This document shows positions 29,140 through 42,299 of a stretch of DNA of 64,000 nucleotides, one piece after another; the stretch's first letter is position 1; each line of letters starts with the position of its first letter. The stretch spans positions 68,882,001 through 68,946,000 of the forward strand of contig OZ024742.1 in NCBI GenBank assembly GCA_964016885.1. Direction: 5' to 3'. The stretch is from Eledone cirrhosa (Eukaryota). The translations under genes and the position numbers were made by a program. The notes below the pieces were generated by a model, which saw nothing but the letters and a program-made list of their open reading frames with translations, was not told the DNA's origin and made no database searches.

Positions 29140-30060
29140 AAGAAGAAAGTGTTTGCCTTCAGTCCTTTCAGTCGCGTCTTTATACAACCTCTTTTGCCAC
29201 AGCTATCAGACAGAGGAAAACTGCCTGCCCTTCCCAGCCAAAAGAAGGCGGCGAGTCAATCTTAACAATGGAGTCGATCGACTGTTCAACAAAACTCCGT
29301 CAGCAATACCCTTGCACCGGGCGAGCGCGTGCAGAGCGGATCTATCATTCAGCGCGCATCTCGGACAGCTCCGTCTGACAGCACTCTCGTGCCTGTAGAG
29401 TTTGTCTCGAACCGGCAGTGCTCCCTAATATCATTGCAAGGTCAGGGTTTTCTGGAAATTGTCCATTGTTCCCGAACCGAAAGTTCTCCGGAACAGTCTG
29501 GCTAGTTCGTTTTCATCAACGCCTAGAGCCTTTCCACGAGCGTCGTTGCTCTTGTTCACCACTAGATTGGAATTTCCACTGACTGCATTTCCAGATTAGC
29601 AGAGGGCTTGAACGCCTGACTACATTCCAGATGTCAAGTACCCAGTCTCGGTCTTTGCTTGACCCATGACTGCTGTGCAGTGAAAAAGATGAGCTGGGAA
29701 ACACGTGCCTGACAAAGAGCGACCAAATCTGTTCACCACAAAAGAATAACTGGAGATGCCGTAGACTCAGCGCATCATCAACCACGGAATGTCCAATACT
29801 CCACGAAACAGTCATGGCAGCAGACGGACCGCCCCACAAATGGAATCTGTCCTCTTCCAGAAGAAGTTGAAAAGAAGACGGGAAAAGGACAACGGTCACG
29901 TGGTTATAGATGACAGATGCAATGTATGCATTCATCACTTCTGCACGAGCTTTCAGAGATAGCTTCCTCTTGGATCATTTTTGGGTTAAAGTGGCTCGAG
30001 AGTCAGTACACACAGAAAGGAGGAAAGAGGGTATTCTTGACGGACCGGGAATGTGATCTG
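29140..30060 (-). mobile_element. Degenerate Tx1 ORF2 3' fragment related to the intact element
   Basis: NAYIASVIY, LRHLQLF..EQIWS.FVRHVFP match ORF2 residues encoded at ~4890-5170. Confidence 0.8.
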
Positions 30061-30622
30061 AAACGGTGCCGATACGTGGCTATTTACTTTGACCAACAAT
30101 TTGGGTGGAGGAGAAAGTCAATTAAATCGATCACGGTACATTACTGGTACTTTATTTTATCCACCCCGTAAAGATGAAAAGCAAAGTTGATTTCGATAGG
30201 ATTTAAACCGAACAAGTAAATAGCAGTTAATTATATCGAAAGACACTTTGCCCATCACTCTTCTGACTCTATCATCAACTGATCATAGAACATAAATAAT
30301 ATAATAATATCCCTAAAAGTAACGATTGTCATATCAGTAGCAAATCAAAACACACCGTAAATCTCTGATCACATAATGCTATACAACTCAATTAACAAAG
30401 GAGTTGCTATGTTGTCGCTCGACAGTTAAGTCACCTTATAAATTACTTTATCCTCTTAGAAAATATTTTTCAAGAAACACTATATTTGAAAATAAAAAAG
30501 AAAGCCGGTTGCTCGCATGGCTGAAATGCCTTTCATAAGTCTCTTCTACCAAATCTAATTTGGAGCTAAACAGCAACGTCTAAATATGAAACCCAAAGAC
30601 CGATTATTCCAAATATACTCAC

Positions 30623-30758
30623 CCTGTTTTGACGAAATTGCCAAAAAGTGCCATGTATTTCTTGCTGACCTCTTTGTCAAGTTCTGTGTAAGTTTTCAAC
30701 GGGTGCCCAACCAAAGGAGCTCCAAACAAGTAGAACATATCTGTTCCATGTAACACTC
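30623..30758 (-). CDS. Carboxylesterase exon with catalytic His
   Basis: ccag/gtgagt; GVLHGTDMFYLFGAP..FGNFVKTG; 136 bp, phases consistent with neighbours. Confidence 0.92.
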
Positions 30759-30775
30759 CTGGAATAAAAACAGAG

Positions 30776-30826
<51 letters not shown>

Positions 30827-30852
30827 TGTAATAAACAACATAAGATAATTAT

Positions 30853-30910
30853 TTAATTTACCAGTGGTTTCTTGAAAGCAGATATATCTGTTTTCAGTCG
30901 TCAGAATGAA
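30853..30910 (-). ncRNA. Type I hammerhead ribozyme, same family as 25552-25612
   Basis: Minus strand: ttcatt-CTGACGA-c-tgaaaacagatatatctgctttca-a-GAAA-ccactgg-TA-aattaa. Confidence 0.82.
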
Positions 30911-33239
30911 TAAAACATGGTGTTTTTATTAAATATGGATTTGAAAACAAAATATAAGAAATATGAAAGTGAGGCTGAGGAAAAAACGGGCGAAGAAGAA
31001 GAGGAGACAAAAAGAATACATATATATATATATAAAATAAATATAAAAACATACACACAATCAACCACGCGCATATACTTAAAAAGTACGTAGACGTATA
31101 CTTTATCACATAAGCGTAAATACGTCTACAGACATGGACAAAATACATACACATACATATACATGAAGTAATAAGAATAAATAAATAAATGAATAAGGAC
31201 AAAAAATACGAAGTCAAAAATAAAATAAAGACAAATGATACGTGTTGACAACGATAAGTGAGAAGAAGGGGGAAAATAAAAACAATTAAAAAATAAACAA
31301 ATACACGAGGTGTGCATATACATAAATATATATAATATATATATATGTGTGTTTGATGGTAGCTATGATGCTTCCATAGGCGGTATGCCGGTTGAGCACT
31401 CAATGTTCTTACAGAGCAGAGTGTGATATAATATAAAACGAAAAATCAGTGATGCATCTGGACTCAATTTATTGTGTGTTACAATTGTTTCGCCGGCAGA
31501 CAGCTCGAGACACGATCATTGTATGGATCTGTCTGATTCTGGAAACTTCAGGTTTGTCGGACACTGGCAATAATTCCGGATCAAATTTTCTCACTGGGGT
31601 GTCAGCGTAAAAAAACATCTTCCTCGCTTGTCCTGCTGTTGGCTGTTGTTTTTGTACGTCATCATAAATTCTGGCCAATAGTTGCTGTCAGACTGTCCAT
31701 CAGCTACGCTCTGGCTGACACACTTCAATGAATTCATGCTGGGTTTGGTATTGCACAAGTCCACTCGCACACACATATACACATATACCCACACACATAC
31801 ATACACATATACACATACAAAATAAACATACGTACACATCCACATACACATACACATGCGTGCAAAAATACATATACACATACACACGTATACACACGTA
31901 TATAAAAAAAACATGCATACAACCAAATATACTAACACACACATAAACCCTACAAAAAAGAGCATTGGTACAAAACCTACGTACATACGTATACACATGC
32001 GTGCACGCACCCGCACGTAATAAGAAAACAACACACGCATACAAAACCATACGTAAAACCATACAGACAAAAACAAAAGCATATATACAACCGCATACAC
32101 ACAACTATATACGTAAACACATACATAGAACCATATATAAGTATAATATAAACATAAATAAACACACACATAAATAATACATACAAACAAATACACACAC
32201 ACACACATATATATATACAAATACATACATACACACGTATATATATATATACACACACATATATATATATATACATAATATTAAGGATACTATTTATAGT
32301 TATGTATATTTTAAACTATAAACAGGGAAGGTCAGTAATTTATTACTACCTTATTACCAGTAAGATAGATAGCTCAATGTTAGAACAACATTTGTTATAC
32401 AGAGCAGTTATATAGAATTCACAAGAATCAAAGCTATGTTCAAAGCATTTATTCACTTGTTTCATCCAAACCTAGGCTTGGAGTCTTCGGAGCATTTTTC
32501 AATGCTTGTACATATAATTGACCTCCTATCCAACGCAAGAGACATACAGATACATATATATATATTGATGTACAGTGGAGTGACATATATTATACTATAC
32601 TATACATGTACAGCAATTCAAATTCAAAATCAAAATTAAAATTAAAATACATGCGGCAGATAACACAAATAATGCAAGAGGATAGTTCGATAATCAGATC
32701 TAGTAGATAGTGTATGCGTTAGTCATACATGGAGCATGCAAGTGTGTCTCATTTATATACGAGTATTGTGTGGCAAGGTGTTACATGTAATGCAAGCACT
32801 TTAAGCGGGTAAGCAAGAGTATTATGGTGGTTGTAGTGGTAGGGTATTTTTTGTATAGATCAAAAAAGTATGTGTGCAGAAAAAGAAAAAGAAAAAGAAA
32901 AAGAAAAAGAAAAAGAAAAAGAAAAAGAAAAAGAAAAAGAAAAAGAAAAAGAAAGTTATAGTTTTCGCATCCACCACCATTTTCACATTCAGAAAAAGGA
33001 AGTTATAGTTTTTACATCCATCACATATGTTACGATGAATTCGTATTGAATGTTTGATGTAGTAAATGTTTGTATCGTATTGAGGCTCAGTGTTATTTAA
33101 TCCATATTTATAGAATAGGTTCTTTCTGCTGCGTGAATTTACAGTGGTTTATTATCCGGAAGTAGGTGTGTAATTAAGGGGAGTTAATGCGTAAGTGGAG
33201 GTAACTAGCTGATTCTCATAACTAAATTCATTGTTCTAA

Positions 33240-34690
33240 CATACATTATATGGTGCCTCAATTGAGTCCCTTATATAAAATGTTATATATTTATATCTAA
33301 TTTTAAATACAGTCTACTCTATCATAATGTATTAAAGGTATCTATAGGAAGTTGATTACTCCTTATTATATAGCGCTATAATTGAATTTCCCACACAAAG
33401 TGCTATATCTTTATATCAAAATTCACTGTAAATACAGTCTACTCTCAAAACATATCAGAGGACCAATTAGAATTTTGTCTACATAACCCCTGGATAAAAA
33501 CTTCCCATCTGGTCACAAGTACCATAGTCTTATAAATAAAAACACCATTAACATCTCCTACTCTACCACGCCTAACATAGCATACCACATAGCTGTTAGG
33601 TAGGTTGGTAGAGACGTTTAGATTGAAAGGGGGGTTGAAAAATGTATTAGTTCTTCTATTTTTGTTTTTTTTATATCTGTTGAGGTGTTTCCGTTTATGG
33701 TATTTTGGTGTTTTCTCTGGTGTGAGTTACGTTTGTTGCTACCCTTCGTATTAGTGTGTGTGTGGTTATTACTCTTATTACTATTTTTCCTCATGGATAT
33801 ATTGTGAGAAATAATTGTTTCTACTTTAGGCACAAGGCCAGAAATTACCCAGTGCATTACTGGTACTTTATTTTATCGACTCCGTTGTGAGAAATAATGT
33901 TGTAACTATGTGTTTTTATAGGTAGGAACTCGATCTCATTATTATGGCCTGATCTAGCTAATGCCTGATTATAGTATTGTGAGTTTTTGCTAAATATGGT
34001 TTCGTCATAAGATAGATTAGAGATTCTATTGGATATTCCTTTAGAGATAGAATTTAATATTGATCTAGGGTGGTTAGACTTGGTATTTACGTAAATTAGT
34101 TTTTCGTTAGGTTTATGGAATGGTGTATATATTTTAGAGTCTAGGTAAGTTAACGTTTTTAGTGTTTTTGTCTATGGTGATACTTAGGTTATAGTTTTTG
34201 AAAGTTTTATGCAATAGTTTCCTAGTTCTTTCTATATTAAATTTTTTATAGTCTATAAAAAGTAGTGCATCATCGCGGTACAAACCACCGTTGAGGTATG
34301 GTAGGTCCTTATGGATTTCGTTTAGTAGGTATAGGCCCACCAAATCAGTGACCTGCGCTGAGTCACTAGATCAAATGGTTATGTCAAAGTCGTTATGCGT
34401 ATCCTTGCGGGTCCATAACTGATCTTCAAAAGTGATTACGGTTTTACGGGCCGCAAGTATGACATTAATCTGGGGTCTAGTCAGGTCACTATTGTTCATG
34501 GCCATAATTAGTGTCTTATTTAATAGGATAGGGGAAATCGAGGTGTAGTATGAATTGATATCAAACTGAATAAATTTGTTATTTTTGTTTTCTTTGATAT
34601 CCTTAAACCATTCAATAACTTCACCCGTATTTCCCCACTGTTTAACGTATATTTTGTGTTTAATCTGTGGGATGATATTATCTAAAATTT
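33240..34690. mobile_element. Penelope-like element fragments joined by an internal inversion
   Basis: Minus 33600-34690: RT LVGLYLL..GGLYRDDAL; plus ~33490-33594: LDKNFPSGHKYHSLINKNTINISYSTTPNI, homologous to 19670-19780. Confidence 0.8.
33815..33884 (-). mobile_element. 5'-truncated SINE with 14-bp TSD
   Basis: TSD ttgtgagaaataat on both sides. Confidence 0.8.
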
Positions 34691-34710
34691 ATATATACAT
34701 ATATATATAT

Positions 34711-34843
34711 AATTGTTTCTACTTTAGGCACAAGGCCAGCGCATTACTGGTACTTTATTTTATCGACCCCGTAAGGATGAAAGGCAAAGTCAACCTCGGC
34801 GGGATTTGAAATCAGATCGTAAAGGGACGTAACTATGGTGGAA
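34711..34843 (-). mobile_element. tRNA-derived SINE, partial
   Basis: Family core sequence present. Confidence 0.8.
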
Positions 34844-34913
34844 ATATAATATAACATATACACACACATATATACACACACACATACATACACACATACA
34901 TACATACGTACAC

Positions 34914-34972
<59 letters not shown>

Positions 34973-35003
34973 AAGAATCAAAGAACTGTTCAAAACATTA
35001 TTC

Positions 35004-35050
35004 TGCTTACAGCTGTTTCCTCCAAATCGAGGTGTGGATTCTTCGGAGCA
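35004..35050 (-). ncRNA. Hammerhead variant (U4C); diverged relative at 32446-32494
   Basis: Minus strand: tgct-CCGAAGA-a-tcca..tgga-g-GAAA-cagctg-TA-agca. Confidence 0.65.
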
Positions 35051-35726
35051 ATTTATTAATGCATGGACAGTTATATGACCTCCTTTTCAGCCGAGAGACA
35101 TACCGATACATATTCAAACATTGATACATATTCAAACATTGTGGGTCAACATTCATTACAGAATTTAGAGTGGCAGTACACACTTCGAGATTACATTTAT
35201 ATTAAGAGGTACAATCAAAAATCAAAAATACAGGTTAAAATACAACATGAAGATAAGCGGTTATATAGTGCAAATGTTATATGTGTGGCACGCATGTGCG
35301 TCTTGTTTATATAGTGTGGCAGAGAGATATGTGTGGTAGAGGCACTTAGGTAGGTAAACAAGAGTGTTAGGTTGGTAGATCTGGTGGCAAATTCTTTATA
35401 TGATTGATATAGTCTGTGTGTGGAGAAATATTATAAGCATTAAAAATAGTGCAAGCATTAAAAGTGTTAAAAGTATTGGAGATGCACAGCGAAGGGATGT
35501 CAAGTATTTCATGTACTTCGGCATTTTCATGGTCAGGGGAGTGTATTTTGATTCTTATATTTCATATAACTGCTCTGTAAATCATCTGATGTTTTTACAT
35601 TGAGCTACTTAACTTACTGGTAATAAGGTAGTAATACATTACTGCCTACCACTATTTAGGGTGTGTGTAAAATACTTATAACTGCATAAGGTTTTGTATT
35701 TACATAACCATAAATAGTATAACTAA

Positions 35727-35775
<49 letters not shown>

Positions 35776-35831
35776 GTAATTCCGTCGGAAAGGTACAGGA
35801 AAAGAAAAGTGCTCTATGTGGGCTACATATG

Positions 35832-35949
<118 letters not shown>

Positions 35950-36008
35950 GAAATTGAAAATGCAACTGGAGTCTTATTTTTAAAGAAATATATATATTTA
36001 TTTGGTTC

Positions 36009-36044
36009 CTTTACCGGTTTCGCAGTTCTTCTGCTTTTCAAAAG
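36009..36044 (-). ncRNA. Minimal hammerhead variant with U3:A8 core
   Basis: Minus strand: ctt-TTGAAAA-gcag-aagaa-ctgc-GAAA-ccgg-TA-aag. Confidence 0.6.
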
Positions 36045-36573
36045 TAGAGTTGAGATGGAGGGTCTGTGGTTTTTCTCACATCTGGTTGGTCTCTGAATGT
36101 TACTTGTTTTATATGGAAAAAAGGGGCTCTAAATGCCACCATTTTAGAGAAGTAATTTGATTAGTTGGTCAATAATTATAATAAATTTCGTGCTAGTTCG
36201 CGTTACAAAGTTCTTCAAACAAGGGGTGGGGGGACACAGTTGTTTTTTCATATATGAGTGTTTGAATTTCTTTTTACTTAAAAAAAGGGGCTCACGAAGG
36301 CTTTTTTTTTAAATAAACGTAATTTGATTGGTTATAAATGAAATTATGGCTGTCACGTGAACAAGTTTTCATTACATTTTTGCGCCCTTATTTGGAAATC
36401 TATTCTGTAGCCTTTTTAGAGAATTTTATGACAAGCGAAAGATAATGGTCAAGAGAAATGGGATGGGATAATTGTTCTGGTTCAGTGAATATGGTTAGTT
36501 CGCTGGGGTGTCAGAATTCAGATTTTCTATTGAAGTAAAGAAAGTAAAGACGTGTATGTTTAGTTGTGTGCTT

Positions 36574-36629
<56 letters not shown>

Positions 36630-37088
36630 TGGAAGATGATTCTATTAGTAGAAATGGGGGAGGGAGTTGTGTGTGTGTGTATATGGGTGTTATGTGTGTG
36701 TGGGAGTATGTTAAGATGGAGAGAATATATATATTTTGTGTGTGTGTATATATGTGTGTAGGAAAGTGATTATATTAGTAGAAATGGGGGAGGGAGTTGT
36801 GTGTGTGTGGGGGGGGGGTTGTTATGTGTGTGTATGGGTGTTATGTGTATGGGAGTATGGTTAGCATGTTAAGATGAAGAGAATATATATATATTGTGTG
36901 TGTGTGTAGGAAAATGATTCCTTTAGTAGGAATATTTTTGAATGAACATATTTTCGTTACTTATTCGTATTTGTTCTGTTGTATTGTCAGCGCAAATGTA
37001 TGTTAAGGTTTATTTAGTTCGGGTTTTTATTTTCTAAACAAACTTTTGACCAATCCTTGTGACAATCACTTTTACCATATATGGAATT

Positions 37089-37184
37089 ACCCCCTGAGAA
37101 GCTCGGCTATTCATATACCAGGATAAAAATTTTCATTTAGTCCAGAATTAGCCGTCGAAACGGCTTGAGCTCAGCCGTCGGGGT
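37089..37184 (+). ncRNA. Hammerhead-like fold with C3/A8 core mismatch
   Basis: acccc-CTGAGAA-gctcggcta...tagccgtc-GAAA-cggc-ttgagctca-gccg-TC-ggggt. Confidence 0.55.
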
Positions 37185-37275
37185 CCTACTCGTTCCTATT
37201 ACCCACTCTACTACCCTAAGTATTGAGTACTTTGGTGCGTTATGGTCCACCTGGTTCCTTACCACATTTCCTTCG

Positions 37276-37401
<126 letters not shown>

Positions 37402-37839
37402 TTCAGGGATGGATAACCGAATCAGAAGAGCGTCTTACAAAATACCTTTACTTACGTCCTTTAACAGGCTAAATTCAAAGACACCGGGGTCGATTTTTAC
37501 TTCTTATATTTCCAGTAACAATTACATTAAGTAAACAAGGCGACGAATTGGCGGAGACCTTCCAACATTTTCAAGTTGAACATGTTCATGTTGAAAAGCC
37601 GCATTAAGTTACTTGTAATATAATAAGGCTGCATTCAAGAAACCATAATTATATATGATCTACTAATTTTTAATTCTGGGTGTCTGTCAGTGTTGTTATT
37701 TCGTTGAATTTTCTTTTACTTTTTGATATTTAAAACGCGTTCATCTTATGGTTTAATTAAAAAATAATAAGAGATAGGCGAAAACATATTAATAGAAATT
37801 AAAAACTTTTGTTTCTTTCAAAAGGCCGCACCTTATTTT

Positions 37840-38557
37840 TGCAGCCCAGGAAGGAACAGGCACTGAGAACGAACTATATCAAGTTGAATATTGACAAGTC
37901 AGTGAATTCTGTGTGGTGAGAAAGGTGAGGCATTAAACCACATTATTAGTGAATGTAAGATGCTTGCTCAAAAAGAGTACAAAAGAGGACACGACAACAT
38001 TGCTAGATTGGTTCATTGGAAGCTCTGGCATAAGTATGACACGAACAAGGTTGAGAAATTGTATGAACACCAGCCGGAAAGGGTGGCTGAAAAATGAACG
38101 GTATAAGATCTTGTTTGACATGACCATCCAGTGTGACTATTTAATCGTGGCTAGAATGCCTGACATTGTTATCGTAGAAAAGAAGAATTATAAGGCATGT
38201 ATTGTGGATATTGCTTCACCGTGGGACCACAGGGTGAACGAGAATGAAAGTAAGAAAATTGAGAAATACCAAAAGCTGAAGAGAGAAATCAGGAAACTGT
38301 GGATAATCAGACACGTAGAAGTGGTACCGATTGTGGTTGGCACACAGGGAGCAGTTAGTAGACGGTTGGATGCATGGCTTGAGAAGCTAAAAATTACCAC
38401 CAGGACAGGATTGTTGCAGAAAACAGCATTGGAAAGTTGAAGGAGAAAGTTGAAGGAGAAAGAATGACCCAAAGGATCTTTGGCCATGGCCGTGGCTCGC
38501 TCTTTTAGTATAGTGTTGGTATAACGTCTACCAGAACAAAAGCGTTAATAATAATAA
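37840..38557 (+). mobile_element. R4/Dong 3' fragment ending in (TAA)n
   Basis: KILFDMTIQCD, PDIVIV, VDIASPWD, KIEKY, VPIVVG; taataataa tail. Confidence 0.85.
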
Positions 38558-38960
38558 TAATTGTTTCTACTTTAGGCACAAGGCCAGCAATTACCCAGTG
38601 CATTACTGGTACTTTATTTTATCGACCCCGTAAGGATGAAAGGCAAAGTCAACCTCGGCGGGATTTGAACTCAGATCGTAAAGGGACGTAACTATGCTGG
38701 AAAGCATGGCGTCCGACTCTCTACCGATACTGCCAATCTACCACACTTCTTAAGAATAATAATAATGGTTTCTGATTTAGGCACAAAGGGAAAGTCAATT
38801 AAATCGACCCCAGTGCATTTACTGGTACTTTATTTTATCGACTCTGTAAGGATGAAAGGCAAGGCTAACCTCGGCGGGATTTGAACTCAGAATGTAAAGC
38901 GCCGTAATTCTATGCCACAAACATGTTGTCCGACGCTCTACCGATACTGCCAACCCTCCA
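38558..38960 (-). mobile_element. Two tandem tRNA-derived SINE copies
   Basis: Family core at ~38558-38745 and ~38767-38960. Confidence 0.85.
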
Positions 38961-39074
38961 GCGAGCTGGTCATGACTGGGCGCCATTAAAAGAAAATCTT
39001 CTCGATCCAAGCTGACATGGTGCTAGGCACTAAACTATTTTAATAGTGAAAAATGAAAGCTAGGCTGTACTTAC

Positions 39075-39204
39075 CTGTCCACACTTTTTCTGTGTCAGTA
39101 GTAGACCGGTGTGCGAAGACGTATAAATGAACAGGAAACGATCTCTCTGCCAATAGTTCAGTCATTTGCACCGAGGGATATATAACATCATAATCTCCTT
39201 TTAA
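39075..39204 (-). CDS. Carboxylesterase exon
   Basis: ttccag/gtaagt; LKGDYDVIYPSV..VHLYVFAHRS..WTG; 130 bp. Confidence 0.9.
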
Positions 39205-39772
39205 CTGGAAGAGAAAGGTCCAGGTATGAAGCTTTACAAAAGTCGATCTTGAGATGGACAATCACCATATCAAGCTTCAATAACTAGTCTACAAAGCAAC
39301 CAATACATACGTGCATGATGGCAGCCACCCCGTGATCAGGTATGACTATAAAACGACATCAGCTTGAGTCGTGTGGATGCTGTGAACAGATATGGCTTTC
39401 AGGCTTGCAAGTGACTTACAGTGTTTTGCAGATTTGGCAGGTGTGTAACGCTTTTGTTATAACATTATTAACCTCCTGAGACTCATTATGTACTCTGATG
39501 TACATTCTTTGTCATAGGTTCTACATATGTATGTTGCATTTCCAGTCATGGCGATTTGGTATATTCATGACTCCAAAGATAACTTTTCTTACCAACCGTG
39601 TTACAAATAAAATCGTTTTCTTTTTAAACAGGTAACGATCAAAGTATGAGCGGCGATGATGACTCAAACCATTCCTCTTAAGGAATAATTGTACCAGTAA
39701 TGTGTAGCTTTGCTTTACTGCCGTACGGATTGGACTTTATCCCCAGCAACATCTTTAAAGACAATATTCTTT

Positions 39773-39925
39773 TTCTCTGACGAGTCTTAAGTACATGAAT
39801 ATTGTAGTATATATACACACCCATATATGTCTACCTGTTATATTATAATTATGTATACCTGTTATATTATACATATGTCTACCTGTTATATTATAATTGT
39901 ACTTTTAGATGAAACAGTGTAAGAA
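39773..39925 (+). ncRNA. Type I hammerhead ribozyme with a helix II loop expanded by tandem repeats
   Basis: ttct-CTGACGA-gtcttaagtaca...tgtacttttagat-GAAA-cagtg-TA-agaa; three tacctgttatattata units inside. Confidence 0.75.
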
Positions 39926-39973
39926 GTAAGTCTTGGTTTTAAATGAATTACCTTCTCCTCCATAATATTTTGG

Positions 39974-40059
<86 letters not shown>

Positions 40060-40161
40060 TAGATATATGTATGCGTGATATTATATTTATGTGCAACAAA
40101 GCAAATGTTTGAAAATCTAGGATAAATTTAATATAGGTATATACATATATAAAGTTGCTAC

Positions 40162-40241
40162 CTTGAAGTACGCAATTTTTCTAGATACTTCATTTAAGGA
40201 GTCGCTTCGATCCCACTGGATATATTCCTGCATGACAATAT
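40162..40241 (-). CDS. Carboxylesterase exon
   Basis: ctccag/gtagca; DIVMQEYIQWDRSDSLNEVSRKIAYFK; phases 1 and 0 fit neighbours. Confidence 0.85.
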
Positions 40242-40439
40242 CTGGAGAGATAAAATAGTTTTTTAAAAAATGATCTCAAACATTTCCACAAAACTGTTTA
40301 TAGATATTTGCTACACCCTTTTTTATATTCTTATCTTTTTGTCTATGATATATATATATATAACCTAACACCTTTCGTAACTGTACCCCTTGTTGTTATT
40401 CTGAAAACACTCAACTGTACGGAAATATGTTCGAAATTG

Positions 40440-41370
40440 TTTCCTCTGCTTTTTGGGAGTACGGGAAAAAGATTAGCGATCAATTAGTATTATTTTTCTC
40501 CCATAATATATTTATTTCTAAGTTAGTTTTTATTTTCTAAACGCTTCTTCTACCTTTCTAACTAGATCTACCAATAATCTAGTTTTCTCTATCGATAGTA
40601 CCTTACTAAAACTAACCGATTTTGCTTTAATCTTCCTTTTGAGAGCGAGCCACTATTTGTTGATGATTGATCTCACCAACATCCACTTAATTAATTAGTT
40701 ACTTCGGTCTCTGTAAGTTTTGCGCGCCTGGAACGATGTTTTCATCTTCCAATGACTGAATCCCTCCAAAGAAGCCTGTCTAAGTCAACCACACAGGTCA
40801 CAAATGTGTGGTCTATGCAGCCGACCACGTTAAATTGTGGACAACCTACACTATCTCTATCCACGGGTATACAGAATATTTTATCTAGATATGGTCTGGA
40901 TGACCAGATGTGGTTTACTCATGTCAACATAGGCACATTTAAGAAATCCAGTCAGTATCAGTCAGACAAATTGAAATGTTCTAGCAGGTTTGCGAGTCTT
41001 TTGCATCCTCCGCTCATATTGGTTAGCCGCATACCCTCAACATGTATCTAAGACACTTTTCAAGTCTTCCACTAGCATTAAAGTGCAGCAAATTCCTAGG
41101 GAAATCTGCAAGCCTGGAGAAATTCCTCCCTGTGCGGTGTATATGGCTACTATTTACTCCTCTGAAAATATGACCGACTTTCTTGGACAGCATCTTGAGA
41201 TTCAGATTTTCTGAAATAACAGTGACTCCTCCTATCGATACCGAACGAAGATGTGTGTTAAGTCTTCTACCACTGAAATTCTAGTGATTTGAAGTAATTG
41301 AGCCGGAGGCCTTGCTTCCAAGGCAACACCAGGCCACGTCTATTCATATTGCCTATTCTGAATCATATTT
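40440..41370 (-). mobile_element. Degenerate Tx1 ORF2 5' (APE) fragment
   Basis: Reverse complement resembles 2515-3450 (RIGNMN.RGL, SSRPYLD, CPQF.VV). Confidence 0.78.
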
Positions 41371-41522
41371 GTGGAAGGATAGGTGATCCACCTTTCCGGC
41401 TAATTTGGGGTGTTTTCACAAATACCGCAAAGCATTTTGTACGACGCTCTAACGATTCTACCAATTAACTGCCCTTATTTAAATAATAATAATGATGACG
41501 ATGATGATGATAATAATTATAA

Positions 41523-41905
41523 TAATTGTTTCTACTTTTGGCACAAGGCCAGCAATTATCCCTGTGCATTACTGGTACTTTATTTTATCGACCCCGTAAG
41601 GATGACAAGCAAAGTTAACCTCGGCGGGATTTGAACTCAGATCAAAAGGGCCGTAACTCTATGCTGCAAAGCATGGCGTCCAACCATCTACCGATACTAC
41701 TAACAATAACAACAACATCGACATAGATAATAATTGTTTCTACTTTTGACACAAGGCCAGCAATTATCCCAGTGCATTACTGGTACTTTATTTTATCGAC
41801 CCCCTAAGGATGAAAGGCAAAGTTAACCTCGACGGGATTTGAACTCAGACCGTAAAGGGATGTAACTATGCTGGAAAGCATGGCGTCTGACCCTCTACCG
41901 ATACT
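41523..41905 (-). mobile_element. Two tandem tRNA-derived SINE copies
   Basis: Family core at ~41523-41700 and ~41731-41905. Confidence 0.85.
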
Positions 41906-41985
41906 CTACCTTCATACATAGCTATGCACATACATGCATACATATATGTATTTATACATGCATATATACATAAATACATACATAC

Positions 41986-42069
41986 CTGGTGTGATTGGAA
42001 ATTGGCTTAGTTCTCTTAGCATTGCTTTAATGATAAACTGGTTCAAATCAGCCTCGGCAAAAGTTTCAC
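41986..42069 (-). CDS. Carboxylesterase exon (acceptor position uncertain)
   Basis: ttttcttctaaag/gtatgt; GETFAEADLNQFIIKAMLRELSQFPITP; phase 1-1. Confidence 0.72.
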
Positions 42070-42299
42070 CTTTAGAAGAAAAGAGCAAATATTGCTTGGA
42101 ACAACAAAAAAAAAAATTATTTTTATAATTACAAAAACCGATATTCGTTGGAACTATAATAAGAGATAATTTGAAGCTACAAGAAAAGATATTGTTTAAA
42201 TAACAAAAGAACGAAAGGAACAAAGTATATTCGTATAAAATCTGGGAAAAGCTAACCCACACTTTGGTGTAAAGTTAATACTTAGCAGTCCGGCGAACC

